Assembly (NCBI GenBank): GCA_963816385.1
Contig: CAWFKL010000007.1
Span: 1,009-65,008 of the forward strand
Source: an uncultured Actinomycetota bacterium
Lineage (GTDB): Bacteria > Actinomycetota > Actinomycetes > Actinomycetales > Dermatophilaceae
DNA: 64,000 nt
Direction: 5' to 3'
Shown: positions 10,684-20,397 of the stretch, piece by piece
How the letters are laid out: every line of letters starts with the position of its first letter
How positions within the stretch are numbered: the stretch's first letter is position 1
Notes under the pieces: generated by a model
Seen by the model: only the letters and a program-made list of their open reading frames with translations
Database searches by the model: none
Told to the model about the DNA's origin: nothing
Made by a program: the position numbers and the translations under genes

Positions 10684-11771
10684 CGGGTGGTTCCCTTCGT
10701 GCTGGTGCGGGTACTCGTGGTGCCCCTCGTCGTCTTCGTCGACCGGGCGGGCCGGCTCGCTGTGCGCCCGGTGGGGCGGACGCGCTCGGCCACCCGCAGG
10801 TGGGCCGACGCGGCCCGTGGGTTGAGGGCGACCTCCGCGTCGCCGGGCTGCTCCCCACCGCGCGTCACGAGCGAGAGGTAGGCCGCGTGCTCCGGTAGCT
10901 CGACCGGCAGCCCGGGTGGCGTGCTCGAGGTCGCTCCCGCGGCCAGCGCTCGCTTGGTCGTGCGGTCCTCGAGCGAGTGGTACGACAGCACCGCTATGCG
11001 CCCACCCACGGCGAGCACCTCCAGGGCACTGGTCACGGCACGGCTCCACACGTGCAGCTCGTCGTTGACCTCGATCCGCAGGGCCTGGAAGGTGCGCTTG
11101 GCGGGGTGCCCGCTCTGGCGCTGCGAGGCCATCGGGATCGCGCGCCGCAGCAGCTCGACGAGCCGCCCGGAGGTCGTGAAGGGCTCCTTCTCTCGCTCCC
11201 GCACGACGGCCGCGGCGATCTTGCGGGCGAAGCGCTCCTCGCCGTAGTCGCGCAGCACCCTGGTGAGCTCGGCCGCGTCATAGGTGTTGAGCACGTCGGC
11301 GGCCGTGATCCCGGTCGACTGGTCCATCCGCATGTCCAGGGGCGCATCGACACGGTAGGCGAACCCACGATCGGCCTCGTCCAGCTGCAGCGAGCTGACG
11401 CCGAGGTCGAAGAGGATGCCCTCGACGGAGTGGAGCCCGAGGTCGCCCACGACGGCGGGGATGTCGTCGTAGACCGCATGCACCGGGCGGAACCGCGATC
11501 CGAACCGGGCCAAACGCTCGGCCGAGAGCGCGAGCGCCTCGCGGTCACGGTCGATGCCGACGACGGTGGTGGCCGGGAAGCGTTCGAGGACGCCTTCCGC
11601 GTGGCCGCCCATACCGAGCGTGGCATCGACGTGGACGCTGCCCTCACGCTCGAGGGCGGGGGTCAGCAGCTCGAGGATCCGGTCGCGCATCACCGGCACG
11701 TGCCGGTCACGGGCATCACCACGAGAGGCGTCGACGCCGGGGGCGTCGACGTCGTCCCCTCGGTCGGTCAT
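10680..11771 (-). CDS. rsmH: RsmH (MraW), 16S rRNA m4C1402 methyltransferase
   Basis: Intact 363-aa ORF with [13 protein letters not shown]...[14 protein letters not shown]...[30 protein letters not shown]...SYHSLEDR. Confidence 0.93.
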   Translation of the reverse strand: MTDRGDDVDAPGVDASRGDARDRHVPVMRDRILELLTPALEREGSVHVDATLGMGGHAEGVLERFPATTVVGIDRDREALALSAERLARFGSRFRPVHAVYDDIPAVVGDLGLHSVEGILFDLGVSSLQLDEADRGFAYRVDAPLDMRMDQSTGITAADVLNTYDAAELTRVLRDYGEERFARKIAAAVVREREKEPFTTSGRLVELLRRAIPMASQRQSGHPAKRTFQALRIEVNDELHVWSRAVTSALEVLAVGGRIAVLSYHSLEDRTTKRALAAGATSSTPPGLPVELPEHAAYLSLVTRGGEQPGDAEVALNPRAASAHLRVAERVRPTGRTASRPARSTKTTRGTTSTRTSTKGTTR

Positions 11772-11969
11772 GGCACGTCCTTCGCGTTTCGTTGCGGCCG
11801 GGTGTCGGGACCTGCGGGCGGGTCCCCATCCGCTGCGGCGCCCGGGACGGGGGAAGTCGTCTCGGGTGCGAAGCGGCTGGAGGCCGGCTCTCAGGTCGTA
11901 CGGGCGGATGTCGGGTGGGCGTCGAGGGCGTCAGGGTGGGTGTGCTGCCTGTGGCGGCGTGCGGGCTGG

Positions 11970-12401
11970 TCAGAACAGTCCGGGGACGACCTCCTCGGCG
12001 GTCTCGGCGAAGCTCTGCTCGCTCTGCTGCAGGTAGCTGTTCCAGGAGGTGCTGTCCCAGACCTCAAGTCGCGAGCCGGCGCCGATGACGGTGACCTCGC
12101 GTTCGAGGCCGGCGTACTGGCGCAGGGGTGCCGGGATCGTGAAGCGGCCCTGCTTGTCGGGGATCTCGTCGGACGCGCCGGAGAGAAAGACGCGCATGTA
12201 GTCCCGGGCGGCCTTGCTCGTCGTCGGTGCCAGGCGCATCTGCTCGGTGATGCTGGCGAACTCGTCCATCGGGAAGATGTAGAGGCTGCGCTCCTGGCCA
12301 CGGGTCACGACGAGGCCGCCCGCCATCCGCTCCCGGTACTTCGCCGGCAGGAAGAGCCTGCCCTTCTCGTCGAGCCGAGGAGTGTGCGTCCCCAGAAACA
12401 T
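11970..12401 (-). CDS. mraZ: MraZ, transcriptional regulator of the dcw operon
   Basis: [24 protein letters not shown]... and a second DxxGR-type half (...[20 protein letters not shown]...). I chose the internal ATG at 12401 (143 aa), which has a GGAGG-like RBS (aaaggggaggtggcgcacc) upstream. The track ORF 11970-12485 would add 28 unconserved residues. Confidence 0.93.
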   Translation of the reverse strand: MFLGTHTPRLDEKGRLFLPAKYRERMAGGLVVTRGQERSLYIFPMDEFASITEQMRLAPTTSKAARDYMRVFLSGASDEIPDKQGRFTIPAPLRQYAGLEREVTVIGAGSRLEVWDSTSWNSYLQQSEQSFAETAEEVVPGLF

Positions 12402-12453
12402 GGTGCGCCACCTCCCCTTTGTCGACCCAGGGCGTCCCAACCTCACCTTGTTG

Positions 12454-12486
12454 CTCCACCGTACTCCACTTTGCTCCACCGTCAAC
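12454..12486 (-). promoter_or_regulatory. Candidate dcw promoter (TTGACG, 16 nt, TACGGT) with three embedded GTGGAG direct repeats, read as a putative MraZ operator
   Basis: The minus strand reads cctcgTTGACgGTGGAGcaaaGTGGAGtacgGTGGAGcaac. CTCCAC occurs on the plus strand at 12454-12459, 12464-12469 and 12474-12479, an exact 10-bp period. The site lies 53-85 nt upstream of the mraZ ATG. Confidence 0.5.
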
Positions 12487-12815
12487 GAGGCTGCGCCGCT
12501 TTCGGCCCCTCGTGTCCCCCGTTTGGGCAGGTCAGCGCCTGTGGAGCGAAGTGGTGGGCTCTCTCGCGCCGACGCCGCGGTCGCATGCCGAGCCGTGCGG
12601 CATACGGCAGCCGAGGGGTGAGCGGACGGCGATCGGGGACGTTGCGAACTCTTTTCGCTCCCGCGACGTTCACCGTGGGGGAAAGTGGATTCGAGGTGAA
12701 GTGGAAGGGAAGTGAGCTGGTCTCCATTAAGGTCACGACTCCCCCTGGCCTTCCTGCATCACGGGTACATGGGAGAAGATCACGAAGGACGCGCGCCCGT
12801 CACGACCGAGCGCGC

Positions 12816-12885
12816 TTTGACAGCGCCCTGACAGCGCCGCCCTGACAGCGCCCTACATCCGCCCTGACAGAGGCACTGACAGAGG
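12816..12885 (+). repeat. Array of five TGACAG-core direct repeats (consensus about CCTGACAGCGCC) immediately upstream of moxR
   Basis: TGACAG occurs at 12818, 12829, 12843, 12865 and 12877, with a degenerate TACATC copy at 12854. Spacings are 11-14 nt. The first copy forms TTGACA. Confidence 0.8.
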
Positions 12886-12907
12886 CACCGAACCACCGGA
12901 GGACAGC

Positions 12908-13906
12908 GTGACCATGACCGAGACCGGCCTCAGCACGGGCACGGCGCCGCAGGCCGCCGACCTCGAGCTCATCCACCGTGTGGCCGACCGGCTCGCCGGT
13001 GCCATGACGAGCGTCATCGAGGGCAAGCCGGACGTCGTCCGCACGACGGTGACCGTGCTCTTCGCCGGTGGTCACCTGCTCATCGAGGACGTCCCGGGCG
13101 TCGGCAAGACGATGCTCGCCAAGACCCTGGCCCGCTCGATCGACGCCACGGTGCGCCGCATCCAGTTCACTCCCGACCTGCTGCCGAGCGACGTCACCGG
13201 CGTCAGCATCTTCAACCAGGACGCGCGCCGCTTCGAGTTCCGTCCCGGTGCCATCTTCGCCAACGTCGTCGTCGGTGACGAGATCAACCGCGCCTCGCCC
13301 AAGACCCAGTCCGCCCTGCTGGAGTCGATGGAGGAGCGCCAGGTCACCGTCGACGGCACGACCTACCCGCTCCAGGCCCCCTTCATCGTCATGGCGACGC
13401 AGAACCCCATCGAGATGGAGGGCACCTACCCTCTCCCGGAGGCCCAGCGCGACCGTTTCATGGCCAGGATCTCGATGGGCTATCCGAGCCCACGGGCCGA
13501 GCTCGACCTGCTCGAGAGCCACGGTGCACACGACCCGCTCGACGACCTCGTGGCCGTCACTGACGCGGACACGATCAACACCGTCGTCGCGCAGGTGACC
13601 CGGGTGCACGCGAGTCCCGCCGTGCGGCAGTACATCGTCGACCTCGTCACACGTTCGCGCTCCACGTCGGCGCTGCGCCTGGGGGCGTCGCCACGGGCCG
13701 CCCTGCACCTGCTGCGCGCGTCCCGGGCGCACGCAGCCCTCGAGGGACGCGACCACGTCATACCGGACGACGTGCAGGTGCTCGCGTCCTCCGTGCTCTC
13801 GCACCGCCTGATGCCATCGAGCGAGACCCAGCTGGCTCGCCGCACGACGACCGAGGTCGTCGCCGACCTGCTCCGCCAGGTTCCGGTGCCGGCTGCCGCT
13901 CGTTGA
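12908..13906 (+). CDS. MoxR-family AAA+ ATPase
   Basis: Intact 332-aa ORF with Walker A EDVPGVGKTMLAKTLA and Walker B VVVGDEINRASPKTQSALLESMEERQVTVDG. GGAGG lies 6 nt upstream of the GTG at 12908. The ATG at 12914 is an alternative start. Confidence 0.9.
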   Translation: MTMTETGLSTGTAPQAADLELIHRVADRLAGAMTSVIEGKPDVVRTTVTVLFAGGHLLIEDVPGVGKTMLAKTLARSIDATVRRIQFTPDLLPSDVTGVSIFNQDARRFEFRPGAIFANVVVGDEINRASPKTQSALLESMEERQVTVDGTTYPLQAPFIVMATQNPIEMEGTYPLPEAQRDRFMARISMGYPSPRAELDLLESHGAHDPLDDLVAVTDADTINTVVAQVTRVHASPAVRQYIVDLVTRSRSTSALRLGASPRAALHLLRASRAHAALEGRDHVIPDDVQVLASSVLSHRLMPSSETQLARRTTTEVVADLLRQVPVPAAAR

Positions 13907-13922
13907 GGGGCAGGACCGACCC

Positions 13923-15167
13923 ATGCGCGCCCTGCGCAACGTCCTCACGACCCGCGGCCGCGCCTTCTTCGGCTCGGGCATCACGCTGGTGCTGGCAGGA
14001 ATCATCTTCGGCTTCCCCGACCTCACCCGTTTCGGCGTGCTGCTCATCGCGCTGCCGGTCATCTCGTCCGTGCTCGTGCGCACCCGTAGGACCCGGATGC
14101 GCATCGAGCGTCACACCCGTCCCGAGCGGATCAGCGTCGGCCAGGACGCCGCCGTGACCCTCTCCTTCGAGAACGTCTCGTCGACGACGACCCCGATCTT
14201 CCTCGCCGAGGAGCGCCTGGACTACGTGCTCGGCGACCGTCCCCGCTTCGTCGTCGGGCGCATTCCGCCCGGGCGGGTGCGGGCCATCGACTACCAGGTG
14301 CGGTCGCACGTGCGCGGTCGCCACCGCCTCGGTCCACTGGGAGTACAGGTGCAGGATCCCTTCGGGCTGGCCAACCGGCACGCCGTGCTCGAGGGTACGA
14401 CCGACCTCGTCGTCCTGCCGGCCGTGCACCCGCTGTCGTCGAGCCGGCAGGCGAGCGCCGGCGTCGGCACCGAGGGCGAGCAGGCCCACCTCATCTCCCT
14501 GCACGGGGAGGACGACGTCACGATCCGCGAGTATCGCGACGGCGACGACCTGCGGCGGATCCACTGGCCGGCGACGGCACGCACCGGCGACCTCATGGTC
14601 CGCCAGGAGGACCGGCCCGCCCAGCGTCGTGCCGTCATCGTGCTCGACCCGCGTCCGGCCGCCCACGGCGGCAGCGGAGCCTCCTCGTCGTTCGAGTGGG
14701 CGGTCACCGCCGCCGCGTCGGTCGCCGTCCACCTCATCGACTCCGGCTATGCCGTCCACGTCGTCTGTGTCGAGACCGTGGAGAGCTCTCGTGCGGCCGA
14801 CACGATGACCTCCGACGAGATCCTCGACGTCCTCGCCGTGACGACCCTGCGGCACGACAGCGGTGAGGACGAGATCCTGCGCGCCGCTCAGTCGCTCGCG
14901 TCCTCGGGCGGCCTCGTCGTGGGGCTGGTCGGACCGCGGGAGCAGGACGTGACGCTCCGGCTGGCCAGCCTGCGCCAACCGGGAACGACCGGGATCGCCT
15001 TCGTCCTGGACTCGCGTACCTTCGGCGAGTCCGACGCCGACGACGTCGCGCCCCACGTCGATGCCCTGCGCCTCGCCGGCTGGCGGGCGGTCTCGGTGCG
15101 TCGTGACGACGAGGTGTCGCACGCCTGGGCCGTGCTGACGGCCGCAACCGTGGGAGGTAGCCGATGA
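13923..15167 (+). CDS. DUF58 (vWA-like) protein, the usual MoxR partner
   Basis: Intact 414-aa ORF with two N-terminal TM helices. The motif ...EYRDGDDLRRIHWPATARTGDLMVRQEDRP... is typical of DUF58. It lies directly after moxR. Confidence 0.8.
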   Translation: MRALRNVLTTRGRAFFGSGITLVLAGIIFGFPDLTRFGVLLIALPVISSVLVRTRRTRMRIERHTRPERISVGQDAAVTLSFENVSSTTTPIFLAEERLDYVLGDRPRFVVGRIPPGRVRAIDYQVRSHVRGRHRLGPLGVQVQDPFGLANRHAVLEGTTDLVVLPAVHPLSSSRQASAGVGTEGEQAHLISLHGEDDVTIREYRDGDDLRRIHWPATARTGDLMVRQEDRPAQRRAVIVLDPRPAAHGGSGASSSFEWAVTAAASVAVHLIDSGYAVHVVCVETVESSRAADTMTSDEILDVLAVTTLRHDSGEDEILRAAQSLASSGGLVVGLVGPREQDVTLRLASLRQPGTTGIAFVLDSRTFGESDADDVAPHVDALRLAGWRAVSVRRDDEVSHAWAVLTAATVGGSR

Positions 15168-17470
15168 CCCGCCGACGTTGGAGGATCACCATCCTCGCCG
15201 CCTTGGCGACCCTCGCCGCGATCTACCCGATCTCCACCCTCTTCACCGGCTCATGGCTGCCCCAGGCCTTCATCGTCGTCGGCCTGACCGCCGGTGTCGG
15301 GCTGCTCGCCCGCGGCCTCACCCGCTCCAAGGTGCTCGTCGTCCTGGCTCAGGTGGTCGTCGTCGGCTACGTCCTGCTCCTGCGCTACGCCGGTGAGACC
15401 TTCGCGTGGCCGGTGCCGACGCCCGCCACCTTCGAGGTGGCGCGCGACCTCGGCGTGCAGGCGCTCGAAACGATCCAGCGATACAGCGCGCCGGCCCCGC
15501 TCAACGAGGGCGTCACCTTCTGGCTGCTCGTCATCATCGGCGCAGTGGCGATCTGCGTCGATGCCATGGCGGCCACCTGGCGCAGCCCCGCGGCGGCAGG
15601 CCTGCCGCTGCTGACGGCATACCTCATCACCGCCGCGAACGGGCAGACGGCGCTGGCGCTGCGCTTCTTCATCGTCCCGGTTGCGCTGTGGCTGCTGATG
15701 GTCCACACGACGGCCCGCGCGGGCTTCTCGCGCTGGGGCACGGCGAACCCCGCGGAGCACAGCGAGGTCGACGAGGTCGCCCACGACCGTGACGCACTGC
15801 GCTCCTTCTCCCTCGGTGCGCTCAAGCTCGGGGCGATCGGTGTCGCGCTCGCGCTGATCGTGCCGGTCATCGTGCCGCACTTCCCGCCGCGCTACCTCAC
15901 GGAGGGCCTGGGCCGCGCCGAGGGCGGCAGCGGGGAGGGGTCGGTGGGCTTCAACAACACGCTGGACCTCACCCAGAGCCTGAACAACCAGGACCAGACG
16001 CCGGTGCTCAGCTACACGACCACGGCGTTCACCAAGAGCCCCCTGCGGGTGCTGGCGACCTCGTACTACTCGCGCGGCACGTGGTCCGAGCTCGGCACCA
16101 GTGGCAGTGGCCAGCCGCAGCCGCTGCCGCCGGCCGCGCAGCGACGCGACTACGTCATCAACGTCACGGACAACACGCTCGCAGCCCCGCGCATCGCTGC
16201 GCCCTACCCCGTCGTCGCCGTCGCGATGGAGGGCACGCCGTGGGCCATCGACCCGGTCACCCGCGACGTCCGGGTGGGGCGATCGGTCGGCTCCTACACC
16301 GTGACCTACGCCGACCTCGCGCCCTCGCCGCCACAGCTGCGTGACTCCGGCACCCCGGACTCCCCCGACGTGACCGACGACGACTACGCCGTGCCCGACA
16401 CCGTGCGCGGGCTCGTCCAGTCGTGGTCGAACGAGGTGACCGCCGGCGCCGACAACCCACTCGACAAGGCGATCGCCATCCAGGACCACCTGCGCGGCCC
16501 GAGCTACACGTACACCCTCGACCTCGGCGAGCAGCTGCGCGACGAGACCGGCCGGCTCATGGACCCGATCCGAAACTTCTACGAGACCCGCCGCGGCTAC
16601 TGCGTGCAGTTCGCGACGGCCATGATCATGATGGCCCGCGCCCAGGGCATCCCCGCACGGATGGCGATCGGCTTCCTGCCCGGGCAGCCCTCCGGGACCG
16701 ACCGCTACCTCGTCAAGGCCTCCGATGCCCACTCCTGGCCCGAGCTCTACTTCGAGGGCTTCGGCTGGCTGCGCTTCGAGCCGACCCCGGGCGTCCGGAC
16801 GGGCTCTCCCCCGCCGTATGCCGTCCTCGGCAGTGACGCGGGCGCCACCGGAGGTGGCCGCTCCGCCACCGAGAGCGAGGGCTCCGGCGGTGCGACGAGC
16901 AGCGCCCCGGCGACGAGCGCGGCCGTCGCGACGGCGCTGCCCCAGGACCAGGGCGTGCTCCAGCGGGTCGGCTCGGCGTTCAGCCTGCGCAACGTCGTCA
17001 TCGTGCTCACCCTGCTCGTGCTCGTGCTCGCGGTCCTCGTCATGCCGATCACCGCCTGGCTGCTGCGCGTTCGGCGGCGACGGGCGGCAGTGACCCAGCA
17101 GGACCTCATCGAGGCCGAGTGGGAGGACCTCACCGCCCATCTGGGCGACCTTGGTCTCGAGGCGCCGGAGGGAGCGACGCTGCGTCAGCTGCGCGAGCGC
17201 TACGTCGGGCGGGGCCACCTCGACGAGGCGAGTGCGACGGCGATGTCACGGGTCACGGCGACGCTCGAGAAGGCCCGTTACGACCGCCCCGAGCGCACCA
17301 CGCCGCAGGAGGCCATCCGCCTGCACCGCGACATCCGCGCCATCCGGCGGCAGGTGGGCGGCACGCGCGCATGGCAGACGCGGGTGCGCTCGTTCCTCTG
17401 GCCGGAGGTGGGCGTCAGCTTCTGGCGCGACGTGCCCGAAAGGCTGGCGCGGCCCTTCAAGCGGGGATGA
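15164..17470 (+). CDS. Membrane transglutaminase-like protein (TgpA-type: N-terminal multi-TM domain, transglutaminase core, C-terminal TM/DUF4129-like region)
   Basis: Intact 768-aa ORF. The ATG overlaps the DUF58 stop (ATGA). The core motif is RRGYCVQFATAMIMMARAQGIPARMAIGF...DAHSWPELYFEGFGWLRFEPTP (Cys-His-Asp type). Confidence 0.85.
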   Translation: MTRRRWRITILAALATLAAIYPISTLFTGSWLPQAFIVVGLTAGVGLLARGLTRSKVLVVLAQVVVVGYVLLLRYAGETFAWPVPTPATFEVARDLGVQALETIQRYSAPAPLNEGVTFWLLVIIGAVAICVDAMAATWRSPAAAGLPLLTAYLITAANGQTALALRFFIVPVALWLLMVHTTARAGFSRWGTANPAEHSEVDEVAHDRDALRSFSLGALKLGAIGVALALIVPVIVPHFPPRYLTEGLGRAEGGSGEGSVGFNNTLDLTQSLNNQDQTPVLSYTTTAFTKSPLRVLATSYYSRGTWSELGTSGSGQPQPLPPAAQRRDYVINVTDNTLAAPRIAAPYPVVAVAMEGTPWAIDPVTRDVRVGRSVGSYTVTYADLAPSPPQLRDSGTPDSPDVTDDDYAVPDTVRGLVQSWSNEVTAGADNPLDKAIAIQDHLRGPSYTYTLDLGEQLRDETGRLMDPIRNFYETRRGYCVQFATAMIMMARAQGIPARMAIGFLPGQPSGTDRYLVKASDAHSWPELYFEGFGWLRFEPTPGVRTGSPPPYAVLGSDAGATGGGRSATESEGSGGATSSAPATSAAVATALPQDQGVLQRVGSAFSLRNVVIVLTLLVLVLAVLVMPITAWLLRVRRRRAAVTQQDLIEAEWEDLTAHLGDLGLEAPEGATLRQLRERYVGRGHLDEASATAMSRVTATLEKARYDRPERTTPQEAIRLHRDIRAIRRQVGGTRAWQTRVRSFLWPEVGVSFWRDVPERLARPFKRG

Positions 17471-17575
17471 GCAACGAGGCGGGGCCAACTCCCTGCCTGA
17501 CACCCAGCGTTGTGTGATGACACGCGGGCTCCGATGGTGGAGGCTGACCGTCACCGTCACTTCAAGGAGAGCCCC

Positions 17576-20338
17576 GTGACCCCAGCGACACCGTCTCTGC
17601 CGTCGGATGTCAGTTCTGCTGCCGAGGTGAGCGCTTGGCACACACTGCCCGCCGTGGAGGTGCTCCAACGCACCGGGGGGGACGTAGAGCGAGGGCTGAC
17701 GACGAGCGAGGCGCAGGAGCGCCTGCGCCGGGTCGGCCCCAACCGGTTCACGGCCGCCGAGTCCGAGACGCGGGTGCACGCCTTCCTGCGCCAGTACGCC
17801 GACCCGATGCAGGTCGTGCTCCTCGTGGCGGGGATCGGAAGCCTCTACCCGCTCAAGGAGGTGGGGACCGGCATCCTGCTGCTGTTGCTGACCGTCTTCA
17901 ACGCCGTCCTGGGTCTGCGCCAGGAGGGCAAGGCGGCTGCTGCGGTCGCCGCACTCCAGAAGATGATGATCATCAAGGCCAGGGTCACCCGTGACGGTCA
18001 GCTCGCCCAGCTGCCCGCCGAGCAGCTGGTGCCCGGAGACATCGTCGCGGTGGAGGCCGGGGACATCGTCCCGGCCGACGGGCGGCTGCTGCGGGCCGCG
18101 ACCCTCGAGGTCGCCGAGTCCGCCCTGACCGGTGAGAGCCTGCCCGTCTCGAAGGGCACGTCGCCGGTCGAGCTGCAGGACACCCCGCTCGGGGATCGGA
18201 GCGACATGGTGTACATGAACACCAACGTCACCCGAGGATCCGGGGTCTTCGTCGTCGTCGCGACCGGCATGACGACCGAGGTCGGCCACATCTCCGGGAT
18301 GCTGCAGTCCACGAAGGAGTCCAAGACCCCACTCACTCGTCAGCTCGACACCCTGACGCGGCAGATCTTCCTCATCGCGGGCCTGGCGCTCATGGTGTCC
18401 GTGGTCATCAACCTGGCACGTGGGGCGACGTTCACGGCGATCTTCCACGCAGCCGTGGCCTTCGCGATCGGGGCGCTCCCGGAGAACATGCCGGCCGTCG
18501 TCACGACCATCCTCGCCTACGGCACCCAGGCACTGGCCAAGGTCGGTGCCATCATGAAGCGCCTCCAGTCGACCGAGACCTTGGGCTCCACCTCCGCGAT
18601 CAACTCCGACAAGACCGGAACCCTCACCCTCAACGAGATGACCGCCGTCCAGATGGTTCTCGTCGGTCGGCGCTACTCCATCGAGGGCACCGGGTACTCC
18701 GCCGAGGGACGCATCTCCCGGGTCGCCGGACTGCCGGACGTCCCGCTCGACCCGTTCCTCCTTCCGATGGTGCTGGCCTCCGACGCGGTGATGGATGCGG
18801 GGACGCTCATCGGCGATCCCACCGAGGGCGCCTTGGTGGCCCTCGCCGCCAAGGGCGGCGTGGACGCCGTCGCGACCCGCCGTGCCTATCCTCGCGTCGC
18901 TGAGCTCCCGTTCGACGCGGCCTACAAGCTGATGGCCACCTTTCACGCCATGACGGACGAGTCGGGCCGTGACGTGGTGCGGTGCTACGTCAAGGGCGCG
19001 CCGGACGAGCTGCTGGCGCGCGCCGCGACGGTCCACGACGCCGACGCCGGGCCCGTGCCGGCCGACGGCGCGGCCAAGGAGCTCTATCTCGCCGAGAACG
19101 CCCGGCTGGGTCGAGAGGGGCTGCGCGTGCTGGCGACCGCACGCAAGGACTTCGACGCGTCGAGCTTCGACGCCGGCGCGGACCTGCTTGCGCTCGTGGC
19201 GGACGGCCTCGAGCTGATGTCCCTCGTCGGGATCGTGGACCCGCCCCGCCCATCGGCGAAGGCCTCCATCGAGAAGGCGACGGCAGCGGGCATCCGGGTG
19301 CGGATGATCACGGGAGACCACGCGGTGACCGCGGGGGCGATCGCGCGCCAGCTGGGCATCGAGGGCGAGGTGATGACGGGCGCGCAGTTCGCCTCCATGG
19401 ACGACGACTCGGTCCTCGCCCAGATCGACACGGTGGGGGTCATCGCCCGGGTCACGCCGGAGGACAAGGTCCGCCTCGTCGACCTGCTCAAGCGACAGGG
19501 CCGCATCGTGGCGATGACCGGCGACGGGGTCAACGACGCCCCCGCCCTCAAGGAGGCCGACATCGGCATCGCCATGGGGATCACGGGCACGGAGGTCGCC
19601 AAGGACGCGGCCGTCATGGTGCTCACCGACGACAACTTCTCCACGATCGTCAAGGCGGTGGAGCTGGGTCGAGGGCTCTACGACAACCTCGTCAAGTACA
19701 TCCGGTTCCAGATGGGGTGCCTCTTCGGCTTCATCGTCTCGTTCCTCGGGGCGGCCATCTTCAACCTCGCCGGCGGAATCCCGTTCCTGCCCCTGCAGAC
19801 GCTCTGGATCAACTTCACGACGATGCTGTTCCAGGCGGTCGGCCTGGGCTACGGCGAACCGGGTGCGGGGCTGATGTCGCGTCGCCCGCGTGATCCCGAG
19901 GAGCCGATCCTGCCGCGGCCCACGATGCTCTGGCTCGTCGCCGTAGGCGTCGTGATGGGCGCCGCGACGCTGGCCACCATCACCTGGGCAGAGGGCGCGT
20001 TCAACCGACCGGTCGCGCTGACCATGGGAGTCGTGACGTTCTCGCTCGCCTGCATCCTCTTCTCCCTGGCGACGCGGGACGAGGCCCGAACGGTGTTCTC
20101 GCTCGACACGCTGTCCGACAAGATGCTGGTGCGGTCCACCGCTGCGTCGGTCATCACCCTCATCCTGACGACCGTGTTCGGGCCGCTGCAGACGTTCCTG
20201 CAGACCGTGTCGCTCGACCTGGGCCAGTGGCTCGTCTGCGTGGCGGCTGCCCTACCCGTCCTCGTCGCCTCCGAGATCCGGGTGGTCGTACGCCGCCGCC
20301 GAGCCGGCCTGGTCGCCGGCGACAACGTCGCGTCCTGA
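17576..20338 (+). CDS. P-type cation-transporting ATPase (P2/Ca2+-ATPase-like)
   Basis: Motifs TGES, DKTGTLTLNEM, MITGDH and TGDGVNDAPALKEADIGIAMG, with about 10 TM helices. I chose the in-frame GTG at 17576, which has AAGGAGAG 5 nt upstream. The track ORF begins at 17510. Confidence 0.9.
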   Translation: MTPATPSLPSDVSSAAEVSAWHTLPAVEVLQRTGGDVERGLTTSEAQERLRRVGPNRFTAAESETRVHAFLRQYADPMQVVLLVAGIGSLYPLKEVGTGILLLLLTVFNAVLGLRQEGKAAAAVAALQKMMIIKARVTRDGQLAQLPAEQLVPGDIVAVEAGDIVPADGRLLRAATLEVAESALTGESLPVSKGTSPVELQDTPLGDRSDMVYMNTNVTRGSGVFVVVATGMTTEVGHISGMLQSTKESKTPLTRQLDTLTRQIFLIAGLALMVSVVINLARGATFTAIFHAAVAFAIGALPENMPAVVTTILAYGTQALAKVGAIMKRLQSTETLGSTSAINSDKTGTLTLNEMTAVQMVLVGRRYSIEGTGYSAEGRISRVAGLPDVPLDPFLLPMVLASDAVMDAGTLIGDPTEGALVALAAKGGVDAVATRRAYPRVAELPFDAAYKLMATFHAMTDESGRDVVRCYVKGAPDELLARAATVHDADAGPVPADGAAKELYLAENARLGREGLRVLATARKDFDASSFDAGADLLALVADGLELMSLVGIVDPPRPSAKASIEKATAAGIRVRMITGDHAVTAGAIARQLGIEGEVMTGAQFASMDDDSVLAQIDTVGVIARVTPEDKVRLVDLLKRQGRIVAMTGDGVNDAPALKEADIGIAMGITGTEVAKDAAVMVLTDDNFSTIVKAVELGRGLYDNLVKYIRFQMGCLFGFIVSFLGAAIFNLAGGIPFLPLQTLWINFTTMLFQAVGLGYGEPGAGLMSRRPRDPEEPILPRPTMLWLVAVGVVMGAATLATITWAEGAFNRPVALTMGVVTFSLACILFSLATRDEARTVFSLDTLSDKMLVRSTAASVITLILTTVFGPLQTFLQTVSLDLGQWLVCVAAALPVLVASEIRVVVRRRRAGLVAGDNVAS

Positions 20339-20397
20339 TCGATAGGACGGCCGCACCCTGAGCGCCGAGTCGGTCCTCGGTCAGGAAACTGGCGGCC

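Noticed and set aside
12800-14104. 434-aa minus-strand ORF opposite moxR, plus 13758-15122, 15251-17218 and 17246-19321 opposite DUF58, the transglutaminase and the ATPase
   Set aside because: All are antisense to intact, motif-bearing genes and encode Arg/Gly/Asp/His-rich sequence without domains.
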